Shown here in pieces: positions 26,243 to 36,534 of a DNA stretch of 63,561 nucleotides. Each line of letters opens with the position of its first letter. The stretch's first letter is position 1. Position numbers and translations under genes: made by a program. The notes under the pieces were generated by a model. The model was given only the letters and a program-made list of their open reading frames with translations. It searched no databases and was not told the DNA's origin. The stretch is from positions 1 through 63,561 of the IMG/VR virus record IMGVR_UViG_3300044801_000216. One strand, given 5' to 3'. This stretch comes from a virus (taxonomy: Duplodnaviria > Caudoviricetes).

Positions 26243-27006
26243 GGACAAAACTAGAGAGTTATGTGTATTTAATTTGGCCACGCGATTGCAGGCAGGAGCG
26301 GGCCCGGCAGCACGCTGTCTCATGGAGCCACGGGCGTCGAGCGTAGCGAGACGGTGGCGACAGGTGACAGCCTAAGGCAGACAGCCCATCGCAACAGAGT
26401 GTAGTCAAAATGACTACACATCCGCTCATAAGTGTGGCCAATCAGCCACACAAGTGTAGTCAAAATGATGCACTGTGTGATACACTGTATGCACTGGCAC
26501 GTTCGGGAAGGGTGGCGGGGGTCATAACAGCACTGTGCAGTATGAATAGAGGATACGTGCGTGCGTGGCGCGGGACCTGGCGAGGCGCAAGCTGTGCCGC
26601 TATGTGTCGGTGTCATGCGCTGGGTTGACGCCAACGCAGACCACACACACACTGTAGCAGACTCACCAGGTCACGTCCAGCCTGGTCTGTACATACTCAT
26701 GATAATGTCTGTTATCAGCATGTAAGTCTTGTGGTGTGTAATACTTACATAGCTGGCAGACATGCCGGCGCACCAGCGTCGCTTCATTGTCTAGGGGTTG
26801 AAGCTGTGGATTGCGGCTTGACTCCGCGCAGGCCGATCGCAATTTCAGTCCGGTTTTTTATCGTACCTGTGGGGAATAAATCAACGAGATTTCAAGCGTG
26901 GATTTTTCACTGCGACAGTTCGCGCGGGTAAGAACATCTACTTGCCCGCGACACCGCGACAGTTCGCGCGTCTGCGCGACGAACTGGAGCACACAAGCGG
27001 TGACCT
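26243..27006. other. Largest probably non-coding region; candidate genome end/packaging or origin region
   Basis: No convincing ORF; AT-richer; contains a palindrome and direct repeats. Confidence 0.5.
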
Positions 27007-27936
27007 TCATTTGTTATCGCGCATGCGCTTCTCCGCCAGGGCCAGGTAGTCCGCGTTCAAGTCGATGCCCACGCTGTTCATGCCAAGCTGGTTCGCGACC
27101 ATCGATGTCGTGCCAGATCCACAGAACGGGTCGAGCGCGTAACCTCCGGCGGGGCACCCGGCCCGCAAGCACACGCGTACCAGTTCCGGCGGGAACGTCG
27201 CGAAGTGCGCGCCCTTGTAAGGATGCGTGGCGATGGTCCAGACGGAGCGGCGGTTGCGGGTATCTCGTGCAGGAATCAAATGCAGGTTAGCTCTGGTCCT
27301 TCCCTTTTTGGGGTCTTCTAGCGCATAGACATTGGTGTCAACATTCCCTGATTGCCTGTTAGTAGACGGTTCCTTTACTGCCTCCACGTCATACCAGTAC
27401 TTCTCTGACTTCGCCATCAGAAACATGTACTCGTGACTCTTTGTCGGCCGGTCGGTCACGCTCTCCGGCATCGGATTCGGCTTGTGCCAGATGATGTCCG
27501 AGCGCAGATACCAGCCATCCGCCTGGAGCGCGAACGCCACGCGCCAGGGGATGCCTACGAGGTCTTTAGGCTTCAGGGACACTCCGGAAGTGCCACAAGC
27601 GACTTCATGCGGAACGCCTCCACGCTTTGAAGAACGCGACAGTCCAGGATTAGCGTGCCAGTCTTTGTGAGCGTCACCCCCGCTGGCCGTGTAAGAATCG
27701 CCTAAATTCAAAAACAGCGTGCCATCGTTCCGCAGAACGCGCCGCACTTCTCTGAACACCTCAACCATCCGCGCAACGTAAGCCTCCGGGGTTGCCTCAA
27801 GCCCGAGTTGGCCGACCACGCCGTAATCCCGCAGTCCCCAGTACGGCGGCGACGTAACGCAGCAGTTGAAGAATCCGTCCGGCCAGTCGCGCAGCAGCGC
27901 CCGCGCGTCGCCTTGCAGCAGACAGTAGTCCATCAC
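27007..27936 (-). CDS. N4-cytosine/N6-adenine DNA methyltransferase (beta class)
   Basis: TSPPYW precedes DPFCGSGTT; HFATFP. Confidence 0.93.
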   Translation of the reverse strand: MMDYCLLQGDARALLRDWPDGFFNCCVTSPPYWGLRDYGVVGQLGLEATPEAYVARMVEVFREVRRVLRNDGTLFLNLGDSYTASGGDAHKDWHANPGLSRSSKRGGVPHEVACGTSGVSLKPKDLVGIPWRVAFALQADGWYLRSDIIWHKPNPMPESVTDRPTKSHEYMFLMAKSEKYWYDVEAVKEPSTNRQSGNVDTNVYALEDPKKGRTRANLHLIPARDTRNRRSVWTIATHPYKGAHFATFPPELVRVCLRAGCPAGGYALDPFCGSGTTSMVANQLGMNSVGIDLNADYLALAEKRMRDNK

Positions 27937-28955
27937 AATATCTTCTTCTCCCGGTCGATCAACTCCAGCCAGTCTTTACTGGCGATTCTATATCTCCAGG
28001 GGTGATACTCATACGGATCTCTGGGCCCCCTGAAACTGGCTCTCTGCGCGACGATGCGCTCGATATTCAGCCGCTTCACTTCGTCGTTGGCCAATCGGTG
28101 CGGCGCGTACCCGTACTTTCTGAAGCGCTGATACGCTTGAATTCCTTCGGATCTTTTCAATGCCGTTTGCTTCAGGATCTCCACCGTCACAAAGGGAATC
28201 GAGTCTCTCATTACACGTTCCACGGCGCGCCAGTCGGGCCCCCGGCCGTCGCTGTATAACAAGCTCACACCCGTTGCGATCGCGGTCAGATTGCCGACCA
28301 GGCTCTCCCAGTCGGTCTGCAACGGTGCGATGCGCTGCAACAGTTCGCACCAGTACATGAACGCATCGGGTAATCTTACCGCCGCATCGGACACGATGGC
28401 GCGATGGGAGTCGTCCAGGACTCTTCTTGCCCTGCGCCCCAGCTCGGCCAGGTCTTCGTGCCTGTCCGCCAGGGCCGCATACGCGCTTCTGGGGTGTTCG
28501 ACTCTCAATCGGACGCACATGGCCATCAGCACCGCATAGGTTCTGGTCATCATCTGGCGCCAGCCGACGTGGGTCCACAACTGAGACGCGGGCAGGCGGT
28601 CCGGCAACCTGCGCCACTCGGCATCGACAAACACGCCCGTGGCGCCGGCGGCCGAACCAGGCGCGGTCCTGGTGGACAACCACTGCTGCAAGGTCTCTTC
28701 GCATTGCTGGGTTCTCATCACCCGCGGCACCGCCAGACTGTGCGTCGCGGCTTCGCCACCTAATGAAAACCAGGCTTCCGACGTGTCTCTGCTCGGATAA
28801 TCGGTCTCCACAATGAGCCACGGGCGCTTGCGCCTGGTCAGCTTGGGGTCCAGCAGCGCGGTCAACAACACCTCCGTCGCCTGACGGTCTTTCTGGCCGA
28901 ACCGGGCCTCCAGCCATTGATGAAGTTCTTCGATCCGGTTCGGGTAGGGGTTCAT
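27933..28955 (-). CDS. Hypothetical protein, 340 aa; probable degenerate paralogue of the 16267-17538 ATPase
   Basis: Collinear similarity by eye; no Walker A. Confidence 0.6.
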   Translation of the reverse strand: MNPYPNRIEELHQWLEARFGQKDRQATEVLLTALLDPKLTRRKRPWLIVETDYPSRDTSEAWFSLGGEAATHSLAVPRVMRTQQCEETLQQWLSTRTAPGSAAGATGVFVDAEWRRLPDRLPASQLWTHVGWRQMMTRTYAVLMAMCVRLRVEHPRSAYAALADRHEDLAELGRRARRVLDDSHRAIVSDAAVRLPDAFMYWCELLQRIAPLQTDWESLVGNLTAIATGVSLLYSDGRGPDWRAVERVMRDSIPFVTVEILKQTALKRSEGIQAYQRFRKYGYAPHRLANDEVKRLNIERIVAQRASFRGPRDPYEYHPWRYRIASKDWLELIDREKKIL

Positions 28956-28973
28956 ATTCGTACTTGACAGATC

Positions 28974-29002
28974 ATTATAACCGTGGCATCCTTGAAATGC
29001 AA
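28974..29002 (-). promoter_or_regulatory. Leftward promoter at the divergence point, overlapping a possible rightward promoter
   Basis: TTGCAT-N17-TATAAT on minus; TTGACA-N17-CATCCT on plus from 28964. Confidence 0.6.
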
Positions 29003-29104
29003 TGGCCATCAAAACAGAGTACAAAGATCCGGGCGGCGAGCTGCCGACTCTGACCTGCGCCTATGGAGAGACCGAGATAGTTGTCTCGGTAGGGTGAGTC
29101 ACGC

Positions 29105-29221
29105 GTGACTTGGTACGACATCGTAGGGCTGATGCTGTTAGGCGCTATCCTGATCGGTCTGATCGACGCGCTGCTAGGCCGACCGGGACATATCAGGCAT
29201 CGGCGCAAGCCTTGGAGGTAG
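29105..29221 (+). CDS. 38-aa single-TM peptide (not in ORF track)
   Basis: MTWYDIVGLMLLGAILIGLIDALLGRPGHIRHRRKPWR. Confidence 0.5.
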   Translation: MTWYDIVGLMLLGAILIGLIDALLGRPGHIRHRRKPWR

Positions 29222-29230
29222 ACTCTCTAT

Positions 29231-30139
29231 ATGCCGACCATCAACCGTTTGCCATCGCAGTTGACCTACAACGACCTCAACGGTCAGGAAGCGGTCGAGA
29301 TCCTGACCGACTGGTTCCGCCAACTACTCGCGACGCGTCCCGAGCTGCAACCGCATCTGACATTGCCTAACGCCCGCATCGGACTGGTTATCGGCGTGTC
29401 GATCGACATGTTCGTCGGGGGCACCGTACCTGTAGCGAGTCCGCCCGATAAGCTCGAATTTGGCGGCCAAGTAGTGCTGGACAACCAGGCGCCCGGCGGA
29501 GAGCCCGTAGGGCGCGCCGAATTCCTCAAGCATGTGGACGCCACCTTGGAGCAGATTATCAACGTCGCGCCCATCGCGGGCGGCAAGGTGCCCGACCAGG
29601 TTCGAGCCGATCACGATCTGCCCATCGGCCGTCCCGGCTATGGTCCGCGCGACACAGGCTCGCATCTGTTCATCGCGGACATCGTCGAACAGACCGATCG
29701 TAATCGAGGCGAGGAGCGCCAAAGTGAGCGCGCCGCGTCCGCGCGGGCGCGCGAACAGGACAGGGAACGCGAGAGCCCCACCGGCGGTCGCGAAGGCATC
29801 GTGGCCGAGGGCTACCAGTTCTCCAGCGAGCCCGCATCCGCATCGGTCAGCGTGCATGCTACGTCCGGCATCGAACAGACCATCCCCATGGGAGGCCGCG
29901 GCAAAATCGAGATCGATCTGACCGGCGAGGGCAAACTGCACGAGGGCGGCACAATCGTCAAACTGGGCACGATGGACGTCGCCTCGGCCAAGTCCGCCGG
30001 AGACCAGCGCGGCGCCGAATACGGCGCCGTATCCGGCACGTACGATGCGGGTCCGGCGGGACTGGCCCGGCCCAATCGCGGCGGCGGCGGGTTATACAGC
30101 GACGGCCGCTCGCGCATCAGCTTCGGCAACAAACATTGA
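29231..30139 (+). CDS. Hypothetical protein, 302 aa
   Basis: SD GGAGG; long ORF with GC3 bias. Confidence 0.8.
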   Translation: MPTINRLPSQLTYNDLNGQEAVEILTDWFRQLLATRPELQPHLTLPNARIGLVIGVSIDMFVGGTVPVASPPDKLEFGGQVVLDNQAPGGEPVGRAEFLKHVDATLEQIINVAPIAGGKVPDQVRADHDLPIGRPGYGPRDTGSHLFIADIVEQTDRNRGEERQSERAASARAREQDRERESPTGGREGIVAEGYQFSSEPASASVSVHATSGIEQTIPMGGRGKIEIDLTGEGKLHEGGTIVKLGTMDVASAKSAGDQRGAEYGAVSGTYDAGPAGLARPNRGGGGLYSDGRSRISFGNKH

Positions 30140-30187
30140 CGGTGACTTACAACGACTTACTAACTCGTTTACGAAAGGAACTCTAAC

Positions 30188-30691
30188 ATGTCTCTAGCAC
30201 CCCCGCGGCAGCTTGAAATCGGCACCATCCTGACGCTTCGCATGCGCGGGCATTCCAGAACCAACGGCGAGGACTACTACGCGCCGGCGGTGGTTCTCAA
30301 ACAGCATCGGCCCAACGGCGAGATCGAGGTCATGATCTGGGACTCGACGGCGGGGACGCATTATAACGCCGCCTATCCGATACGGGACATCTCTTCCCGC
30401 GGCGAAGGCGCCGGGCGCGAACTGTACGAAGAATCCAACATCGGCCAGGTCTTGTTCAGCCCCGTGCGGTTCGCCGAAGCGATGGACCTGGTGTTGGACA
30501 TGCAGCAGGAGATGCTCAACCTCCAGATCGACGTGGCCGGCCTGAAGCGTTGGCGCGCGGAGATCGAGGCGCGGACTACCGGGCAAGCCGGCGGCGAACA
30601 ACCCGCCGGGGCCATTGGGTCCGCTGGAGCCGCTGGAGCGACGCTGCACGATGCGCCGGGGGCGCCGAAGGCGCCAACGGCGAAGAAGTGA
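30188..30691 (+). CDS. Hypothetical protein, 167 aa
   Basis: SD AAAGGA; beta-rich N-terminus followed by a coiled coil. Confidence 0.75.
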   Translation: MSLAPPRQLEIGTILTLRMRGHSRTNGEDYYAPAVVLKQHRPNGEIEVMIWDSTAGTHYNAAYPIRDISSRGEGAGRELYEESNIGQVLFSPVRFAEAMDLVLDMQQEMLNLQIDVAGLKRWRAEIEARTTGQAGGEQPAGAIGSAGAAGATLHDAPGAPKAPTAKK

Positions 30692-30720
30692 AGCGGAGCG
30701 TGTGACAGTGCAGGTTAAAG

Positions 30721-30933
30721 ATGAAGGACAAGCATGTAGAGGATGACTTCGAGCGTACTCAACGGCGCATCGCCCAATTGAAGGTACGCATCGCCGACGC
30801 CGCGATGGAAGAATATCGTCTCTCGATCATGCTGGCTGGCAGCTTCACGAGCGAGGTGGAGGCGGAGAAGAAGACGATGTGGCTCTGCGCCGAGCTTGCG
30901 GCTCTGGAGTCGGAAACGGGAGGCCGGAAGTGA
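30721..30933 (+). CDS. Small coiled-coil protein
   Basis: Paralogous to the next gene. Confidence 0.65.
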   Translation: MKDKHVEDDFERTQRRIAQLKVRIADAAMEEYRLSIMLAGSFTSEVEAEKKTMWLCAELAALESETGGRK

Positions 30934-30938
30934 GGCAC

Positions 30939-31244
30939 ATGCCGGATCGGACGGTCGAAATTTTCCGCGAGCTTGCCGCGTTGGAGTCCGTGGAAATGTC
31001 AAGCAAGGCGAAAGAGGAGGGTCCGGAAGTGAGTTCGGAAAACACTTCGGTTGCCGTGTCCCCGGAATATGCCGCACGGCTCCGTCGCCGTATGCGGATC
31101 GGTACGCTCAGGGGCCGCATCGCCGACGCCGCGATGAAGTGGTACTGGAGCGGATGCGCTGCGGAGGAATGGACTGAATTGGAAAAACTCTGCGCTGAGC
31201 TTGCGGCGCTGGTGTCCGCCCCCATGGGCGGAGGGAGAAAGTGA
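30939..31244 (+). CDS. Small protein, paralogue of the preceding gene
   Basis: RIADAAM...LCAELAAL.S...GGRK shared. Confidence 0.65.
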   Translation: MPDRTVEIFRELAALESVEMSSKAKEEGPEVSSENTSVAVSPEYAARLRRRMRIGTLRGRIADAAMKWYWSGCAAEEWTELEKLCAELAALVSAPMGGGRK

Positions 31245-31396
31245 TGGCCGCTGAATCGGCCGACGCCGAAGTGATTTGCGAGTTCATGGAGCCGAGGCCC
31301 CCGTTGCCGGAAGCGTGGCCGGGGGGCGAGTACGTCTTTGTTGGCACTTATCCTACCCTCCGCGAGGCGCTCAGGGCCGCAGAGAAAAAGGCATGA
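31244..31396 (+). CDS. 50-aa hypothetical protein (not in ORF track)
   Basis: TGATG coupling; MAAESADAEVICEF... Confidence 0.5.
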   Translation: MAAESADAEVICEFMEPRPPLPEAWPGGEYVFVGTYPTLREALRAAEKKA

Positions 31397-31407
31397 GAGG
31401 CGACCAT

Positions 31408-31851
31408 ATGAGCCTGATCTCCATCGTGGCCGATCTGTTCGGTCTTACCGCCGCGATCGACCGCAACACTGCGGTGCAAACCCGTATCGCCGAAGCGCTG
31501 GAGCGGTTATCTCCACCGCCGCTGGTTATGGCGAGCGATCTTGCCGGCGCGTCCCTTGCCGGCGCGGCCGGTACACGTTTCGACGACGGTTTCCATCTGT
31601 CCGAATCTCCCGAAGAATACCAGGAGCGCACCAATTCGGAAGCCGCCCTGGCTATCTCTCTCGGCGTAGCTCCCTGGTCGCCGGCGTTCCAGGACGCGAT
31701 CTTATCGATGCGCAACGGCCTGATGCGGCCTACAATGGTGGTGAACGATGAAGGCCAACTTGTCGAAGTCCCCGGTCTCGACGAAGCGCAAGCCGCACAG
31801 GCTGTTCGAGACGCCTTCGTTCAAGCCCGCGCGCAAGAGAACGAGCGCTAA
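31408..31851 (+). CDS. Hypothetical protein, 147 aa
   Basis: GAGG SD before ATG 31408. Confidence 0.65.
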   Translation: MSLISIVADLFGLTAAIDRNTAVQTRIAEALERLSPPPLVMASDLAGASLAGAAGTRFDDGFHLSESPEEYQERTNSEAALAISLGVAPWSPAFQDAILSMRNGLMRPTMVVNDEGQLVEVPGLDEAQAAQAVRDAFVQARAQENER

Positions 31852-32677
31852 GGCCGAAGCATCGGCGGCAGTGGCGGCGGTGGCGGTAGAGCTTGTACCC
31901 GCGACGCAGAATCGCAAGCCGCTGCCGCCCGAGCCCGTACAGGACTTGACCGTTGAAGATCCGCCCGTACAGGATCGGTCTTCCGCATCCGCGCCGCTCC
32001 ATCAGGTCAACGCCTCGGGCAATATCACCCGCGCGCTGCACACGCCCTTGAGTGCCGCATTCCGGTTTGTAGAGCCTACATGGCGCAACTACATCGTCTA
32101 CGTCGATCTGGAAGCGCGCACGGGCAACGCGGACGCCAGGCGTTATTTGGAATGCTGGCAGGCGCTTTCTCCATCGGAGCGCCGCTTGCATTGGCCCGAA
32201 CAACTCTGTGAACTCGCGATAGTCCACACAGCCGACCTGGTCCGCTGGGTCGCCGGACAAGCCTGGCAGGAGGGCGCGACCAAGGCCGCTATGTGTATGA
32301 CGTTTATGCGAGATCGCGTGTTGGAGAAGTCGGCCGAGTTTGCTATGTCCGCTCCGGAGAACTTCAAGCACGCCGAGCTGTTCATGAAAGCCAGCGGGCT
32401 ACTACCTGCATCGGGTCCGCGCGGCAGCGGCCCCGGCGCGGTCAATATCTTCACCGCGCCGATGGCGTCCAACGGCTCCGTCGTGTTGGCCGACGGCCGT
32501 ACCGAGATGTCGCCAACTCATACGTCCGGCCTGCGTTCGATGGACGAAGACATCGTGGAACTGAGCAAGATCATGCAGACGGGAGACACCCACTGCGCGG
32601 CGGAGGAGCTGAAGGACGACATAAAGGACGCGGACGACGATGACGACGACGAAGACGGAAACGAAGACGAAGACTGA
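31748..32677 (+). CDS. Possible terminase small subunit
   Basis: Position upstream of TerL; helical core and acidic tail; start uncertain. Confidence 0.45.
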   Translation: MKANLSKSPVSTKRKPHRLFETPSFKPARKRTSAKAEASAAVAAVAVELVPATQNRKPLPPEPVQDLTVEDPPVQDRSSASAPLHQVNASGNITRALHTPLSAAFRFVEPTWRNYIVYVDLEARTGNADARRYLECWQALSPSERRLHWPEQLCELAIVHTADLVRWVAGQAWQEGATKAAMCMTFMRDRVLEKSAEFAMSAPENFKHAELFMKASGLLPASGPRGSGPGAVNIFTAPMASNGSVVLADGRTEMSPTHTSGLRSMDEDIVELSKIMQTGDTHCAAEELKDDIKDADDDDDDEDGNEDED

Positions 32678-32873
32678 AGACCTGGTGGCGGAGCACCGGG
32701 AGTGCGTCGAGATTTGGACGGCGATTTCGCATATTGCCGCCGCATGTTACCCTAAGCTCGACGAAGACGCGCGCAACGCCTACGAGATACTTCCGGGGCT
32801 GATCGACCGCTGCAAGGAAACGTTCGATGCGCTGCCGGTGGAGAGCCGTCCGCTGCACTACTTGATGGTCTGA
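32640..32873 (+). CDS. Hypothetical protein, 77 aa
   Basis: TGATG coupling to terL. Confidence 0.55.
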   Translation: MTTTKTETKTKTEDLVAEHRECVEIWTAISHIAAACYPKLDEDARNAYEILPGLIDRCKETFDALPVESRPLHYLMV

Positions 32874-35191
32874 TGTACGCCAAACGCATTATCGACCGCA
32901 ACATAGACCGCTGGCTGGCGAGCCCGGCCAATCGCGGCGCCAAACTGGAACCCGTGTCCGTTCTCGAATTCTCGCGCGTGGTCGCGCACCTCGATTCTCT
33001 TGTCGAGAAAGATCGAGAATCCGGCCGGCTCATACCCATACGCCAGACGACTCCCGACGGCCGCCAGGTCTTCAACTCCTCCACGGGTCAGCCGCTTCTG
33101 ACCTGGCAGGACACCCTCACCGAAGAAGAGCGCAAGTGGATCAGGCATCAACGTGTCCTGTGCGCGCTGGACTTCTGGTACTGGGTAGAGCGCGCCTGCT
33201 GGATCAAGGACACCGACAACCAGACCGTCCGTATGGAGTTGTGGAAGAGCCAGCAAATCTTCCTCGAACTCGTGGCCGAGATGGAGGACGAAGAGATCGC
33301 GATCTTCCTCATCATCTTGAAGGCGCGGCAGCTCGGCATCAGCCGTATCATCACGCTCATCTTGCTTCACCGCGTGGTGTTCGACTCCAATATCAACGCT
33401 TACCTGGCTTCTTCGACCGAGAAGAAGACGCTGAAGCTCTTCAAGCTGATCTCGTTCGTGCTGGTCCGCATGCCCTTCTGGATGCAGCCCGGCAGCGGCC
33501 AACCGGGCAAACTCGGCAAGGTGGACCAAGCCGGCAAGCTGCTGGAGTTCTTTAACGGCTCCGCGATCACGATGGAGCACGGCCAACAGTCTACCGGCAT
33601 GGCCCGCGGCGACTCGCCGAACGTGGTCCATCTGTCCGAACTGGCCGAGTTCGACGACCTCACCTCTCTTGTCGATTCCGCCCTGCTGCGCGGAATGCAT
33701 CCGTCCCCCCGTGCGTTTCTGGCTCTTGAAGGCACTGCCGAAGGCATCAACAACCCGTGGCATCAGAAGTGGGAGTCCGCCAAGTCGGACTGGCCGCAGC
33801 GCAGAGGCAGGCTCCGGCCTCTCTTCTTGCCGTGGTTTGTAGGCGGTTTGTACCCGAAGGAAGTCTTCTTGCGCTCGAACCCGGTGCCGCCCGACTATTC
33901 TACTTCGATGGCTTCCTGGGCTCTGTCGCACGCCAAGATGGCCGAAGAATATGTGCGTCAGAACGACTACCTGGCCCGGCGCCTGGGTTCCAACTGGCAG
34001 ATGCCCCTGGAGCAGATCTGGTACTACGAGTGCGAACGCGGCAGCGCCGTCAAGGAGAACCGTCTCAACAAGTTCCTGCAAGAGATGCCGGCCAACGACG
34101 ACGAAGCCTTTCAGAGTTCCAATATCACCGTGTTCGACGTGGAGACCCTGAACTTCTACCGCACCAACACACGTACCCAACCTGTCTGGGGCGTGTTCGG
34201 CTTGCGCGGACCCACCGAGTTTGTCCCCCCGCGCCTTCAGCCTTCCGACATTCTCATTAACAAGTCCCTGCCGCCCATTCCAATAGACGCCGACGCCGGC
34301 GGCGGCGTCACGATCCACTTTGAACTGGTTCCCTTGCAATTCAGAGGTTGGGACTACGAGGGCGACAGCGCCAAAGGATCGGTGGACAAAATCTACGTTT
34401 GGGAGCCTCCCATCGAAGGTTTCGAGTACGGGTTCGGCTGCGACACCGGCGACGGCATCGACAAAGACCGCACCTGCATCGAGGGACTGCGAAAATACTC
34501 TCTGGAGGGCCCGACCAAGCAGGTCTGCGAGTTCTCTTCCGGCCATATGAACGCCTTGGACGCCTGGCCTTTCTTACTCGCCTTGGGCACCTGGTACAGC
34601 GTGCCAGACCGCCACGGTACGCGCCGCCAGGCACGTATGGCGATCGAATGCAAAGGTCACGGCGACCTGGTACAGAACGTCCTGCGCCTGATGAACTGGA
34701 CTAACTTCCACATGTGGAACGACCGCAAGATCGACGACCGCAAGGTCGATCTCTCGCAGGCTCACAAGATGGGCGTGTTCACCAACTTCTTCTTCCGCCG
34801 CGCCATGATCGAGATGATCGTCCGCAGCTTGCGCGATGGCGAGATCGAGGTCTGCTCTCCGTTTTTTGTGAAAGAGATGCAGTCGCTTGAAGGCGACGAA
34901 TACGCCCAAGAACTGCGGGCCGGCTACGGCGGCCACGACGACCGGATTATGAGCCTGGGTTTCATCCTCTCCAGCTTTTATAAGTGGGACCCGAACTACT
35001 GGCGCGCGGCCAAGATCATGGCCTACAGCGGGCGCAACCCGGCGCACGCGGCCTACGATAATTCGATCCTCTTGGGTTCTTCGGGCGCACCCGGACAATC
35101 CATAACGCGCGCGCAACCGAGCCGGCAATACGCCTCTTGGGCCTACGGAGCGCAGTCGAACACCGACGGTCTGCCCGAGCGGCGTTCTTGA
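32873..35191 (+). CDS. terL: Terminase large subunit
   Basis: ILKARQLGIS, VHLSE (Walker B), EGTAEG, GCDTGDG..D and HDDRIMS. Confidence 0.93.
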   Translation: MYAKRIIDRNIDRWLASPANRGAKLEPVSVLEFSRVVAHLDSLVEKDRESGRLIPIRQTTPDGRQVFNSSTGQPLLTWQDTLTEEERKWIRHQRVLCALDFWYWVERACWIKDTDNQTVRMELWKSQQIFLELVAEMEDEEIAIFLIILKARQLGISRIITLILLHRVVFDSNINAYLASSTEKKTLKLFKLISFVLVRMPFWMQPGSGQPGKLGKVDQAGKLLEFFNGSAITMEHGQQSTGMARGDSPNVVHLSELAEFDDLTSLVDSALLRGMHPSPRAFLALEGTAEGINNPWHQKWESAKSDWPQRRGRLRPLFLPWFVGGLYPKEVFLRSNPVPPDYSTSMASWALSHAKMAEEYVRQNDYLARRLGSNWQMPLEQIWYYECERGSAVKENRLNKFLQEMPANDDEAFQSSNITVFDVETLNFYRTNTRTQPVWGVFGLRGPTEFVPPRLQPSDILINKSLPPIPIDADAGGGVTIHFELVPLQFRGWDYEGDSAKGSVDKIYVWEPPIEGFEYGFGCDTGDGIDKDRTCIEGLRKYSLEGPTKQVCEFSSGHMNALDAWPFLLALGTWYSVPDRHGTRRQARMAIECKGHGDLVQNVLRLMNWTNFHMWNDRKIDDRKVDLSQAHKMGVFTNFFFRRAMIEMIVRSLRDGEIEVCSPFFVKEMQSLEGDEYAQELRAGYGGHDDRIMSLGFILSSFYKWDPNYWRAAKIMAYSGRNPAHAAYDNSILLGSSGAPGQSITRAQPSRQYASWAYGAQSNTDGLPERRS

Positions 35192-35194
35192 GCC

Positions 35195-35223
35195 TTGATT
35201 TCCGTTCCTATACGGTCTATAAT
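35195..35223 (+). promoter_or_regulatory. Promoter for the post-terminase block
   Basis: TTGATT-N17-TATAAT. Confidence 0.7.
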
Positions 35224-35256
35224 CGGTATCGTCCGCCCCATGGAGGAATCACAACA

Positions 35257-35424
35257 ATGACAGTCGAAGAAGTGCAGGCCAAGACGGCCGAACTCAAACT
35301 CCAGATTCAGGGTTTGGTGCAGGAGTTCGAGATGGCCACGGGATGTATCGTGCATTCCATACCGATCTACCCCGGTTTCCAGGTCAGGCCGGTTACCGTG
35401 GACGTGAAGGTTCAGATCCCTTAG
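35257..35424 (+). CDS. Hypothetical protein, 55 aa
   Basis: SD GGAGG. Confidence 0.7.
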   Translation: MTVEEVQAKTAELKLQIQGLVQEFEMATGCIVHSIPIYPGFQVRPVTVDVKVQIP

Positions 35425-35433
35425 AGGCGCACC

Positions 35434-36522
35434 GTGCTAGATTATCTCGATTCTCCGTCGCCCCTCTATCACCCCAACGTCCACGCCCCCTGGTCCAAGT
35501 GGAGCGAGGACCAGATCCTGCACGTGGCCGGCGTCTACTCGAACCCTTTCAGGTGGCGCAACCGCCGCCAGTTGTTCAACGACTTCGTGCGCCACATGCG
35601 GGCCACCCCCAACGTTGTTCTGCATGTGGTCGAGCTGGCCTACGGAGATCGTCCGTTCGAGGTGACCGAAGACGGAGACCCCCTCTCGATCCGGTTGCGC
35701 ACGGATTGCGAGATGTTCCACAAGGAAAACCTTGTGAACCTGGCCGTCCGCTCGTTCCCGCCCGATTGGAAGTACGGCGGCTATAGCGACGGCGACTTCC
35801 ACTTCACCCGGCACGACTGGGCGCTGGAAGCCATCCATATGCTTCAGCACCACGAGTTCGTCCAGCTCTTTTCCAACTACGCGGACGTAACTTCTTCGAC
35901 GGCAACGAGCGACACCGGCCACCGGATGTACCGCAGCAACTCCAGCTTCGCGTGGAACTATCTGCACCAGCCGGAGTTCAAGGCCCTGAAGCGGAAGCAA
36001 CAGGCAACGGACCCCTATTATGGTCTCCCGCTGCCGTCCGCCGAGTTCCCGTTCGGGTTCCCGCCCGGCGCCCCCGGCGGCGCATGGGCGTGGCGCCGCG
36101 GCGCGTTCGACACCGTCGGAGGCATGCTGGACACCTGTGTGATGGGCTCGGCCGACTGGTGGATGGCGTTCGGTCTCATTGGCCAGCAAACGATGTTGCG
36201 TGGCGACGCCACCGTCAGATCGTACAACGACGAGATCCGTAACTGGCAGCGGCGCGCCCGCGCGCTCACCGCCAACATCGGCTGCGTGGACAACTTCGCG
36301 CTGCACTTCTGGCACGGAGCGTCTTCGAGCCGCGCCTACGGCAACCGCGAAGGCATCCTGATCGATTTCAAGTTCGACCCCCGCTACGACATCACGAAAG
36401 ACTGGCAGGGAGTGTATCGGTGGACGGGCAACAAGCCGCGGCTGCGCGACGCCGTGCGCCGGTATTTTATCAACCGCATGGAAGACACACCCTCGCCGCA
36501 TGGAAAGGCCGGGTTGCCGTAA
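35434..36522 (+). CDS. Putative GT-A glycosyltransferase
   Basis: VELAYG, FHKENLVN, DGD (DxD), GSAD..MA and HFWHG. Confidence 0.65.
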   Translation: MLDYLDSPSPLYHPNVHAPWSKWSEDQILHVAGVYSNPFRWRNRRQLFNDFVRHMRATPNVVLHVVELAYGDRPFEVTEDGDPLSIRLRTDCEMFHKENLVNLAVRSFPPDWKYGGYSDGDFHFTRHDWALEAIHMLQHHEFVQLFSNYADVTSSTATSDTGHRMYRSNSSFAWNYLHQPEFKALKRKQQATDPYYGLPLPSAEFPFGFPPGAPGGAWAWRRGAFDTVGGMLDTCVMGSADWWMAFGLIGQQTMLRGDATVRSYNDEIRNWQRRARALTANIGCVDNFALHFWHGASSSRAYGNREGILIDFKFDPRYDITKDWQGVYRWTGNKPRLRDAVRRYFINRMEDTPSPHGKAGLP

Positions 36523-36534
36523 AGGAAAACTCGT

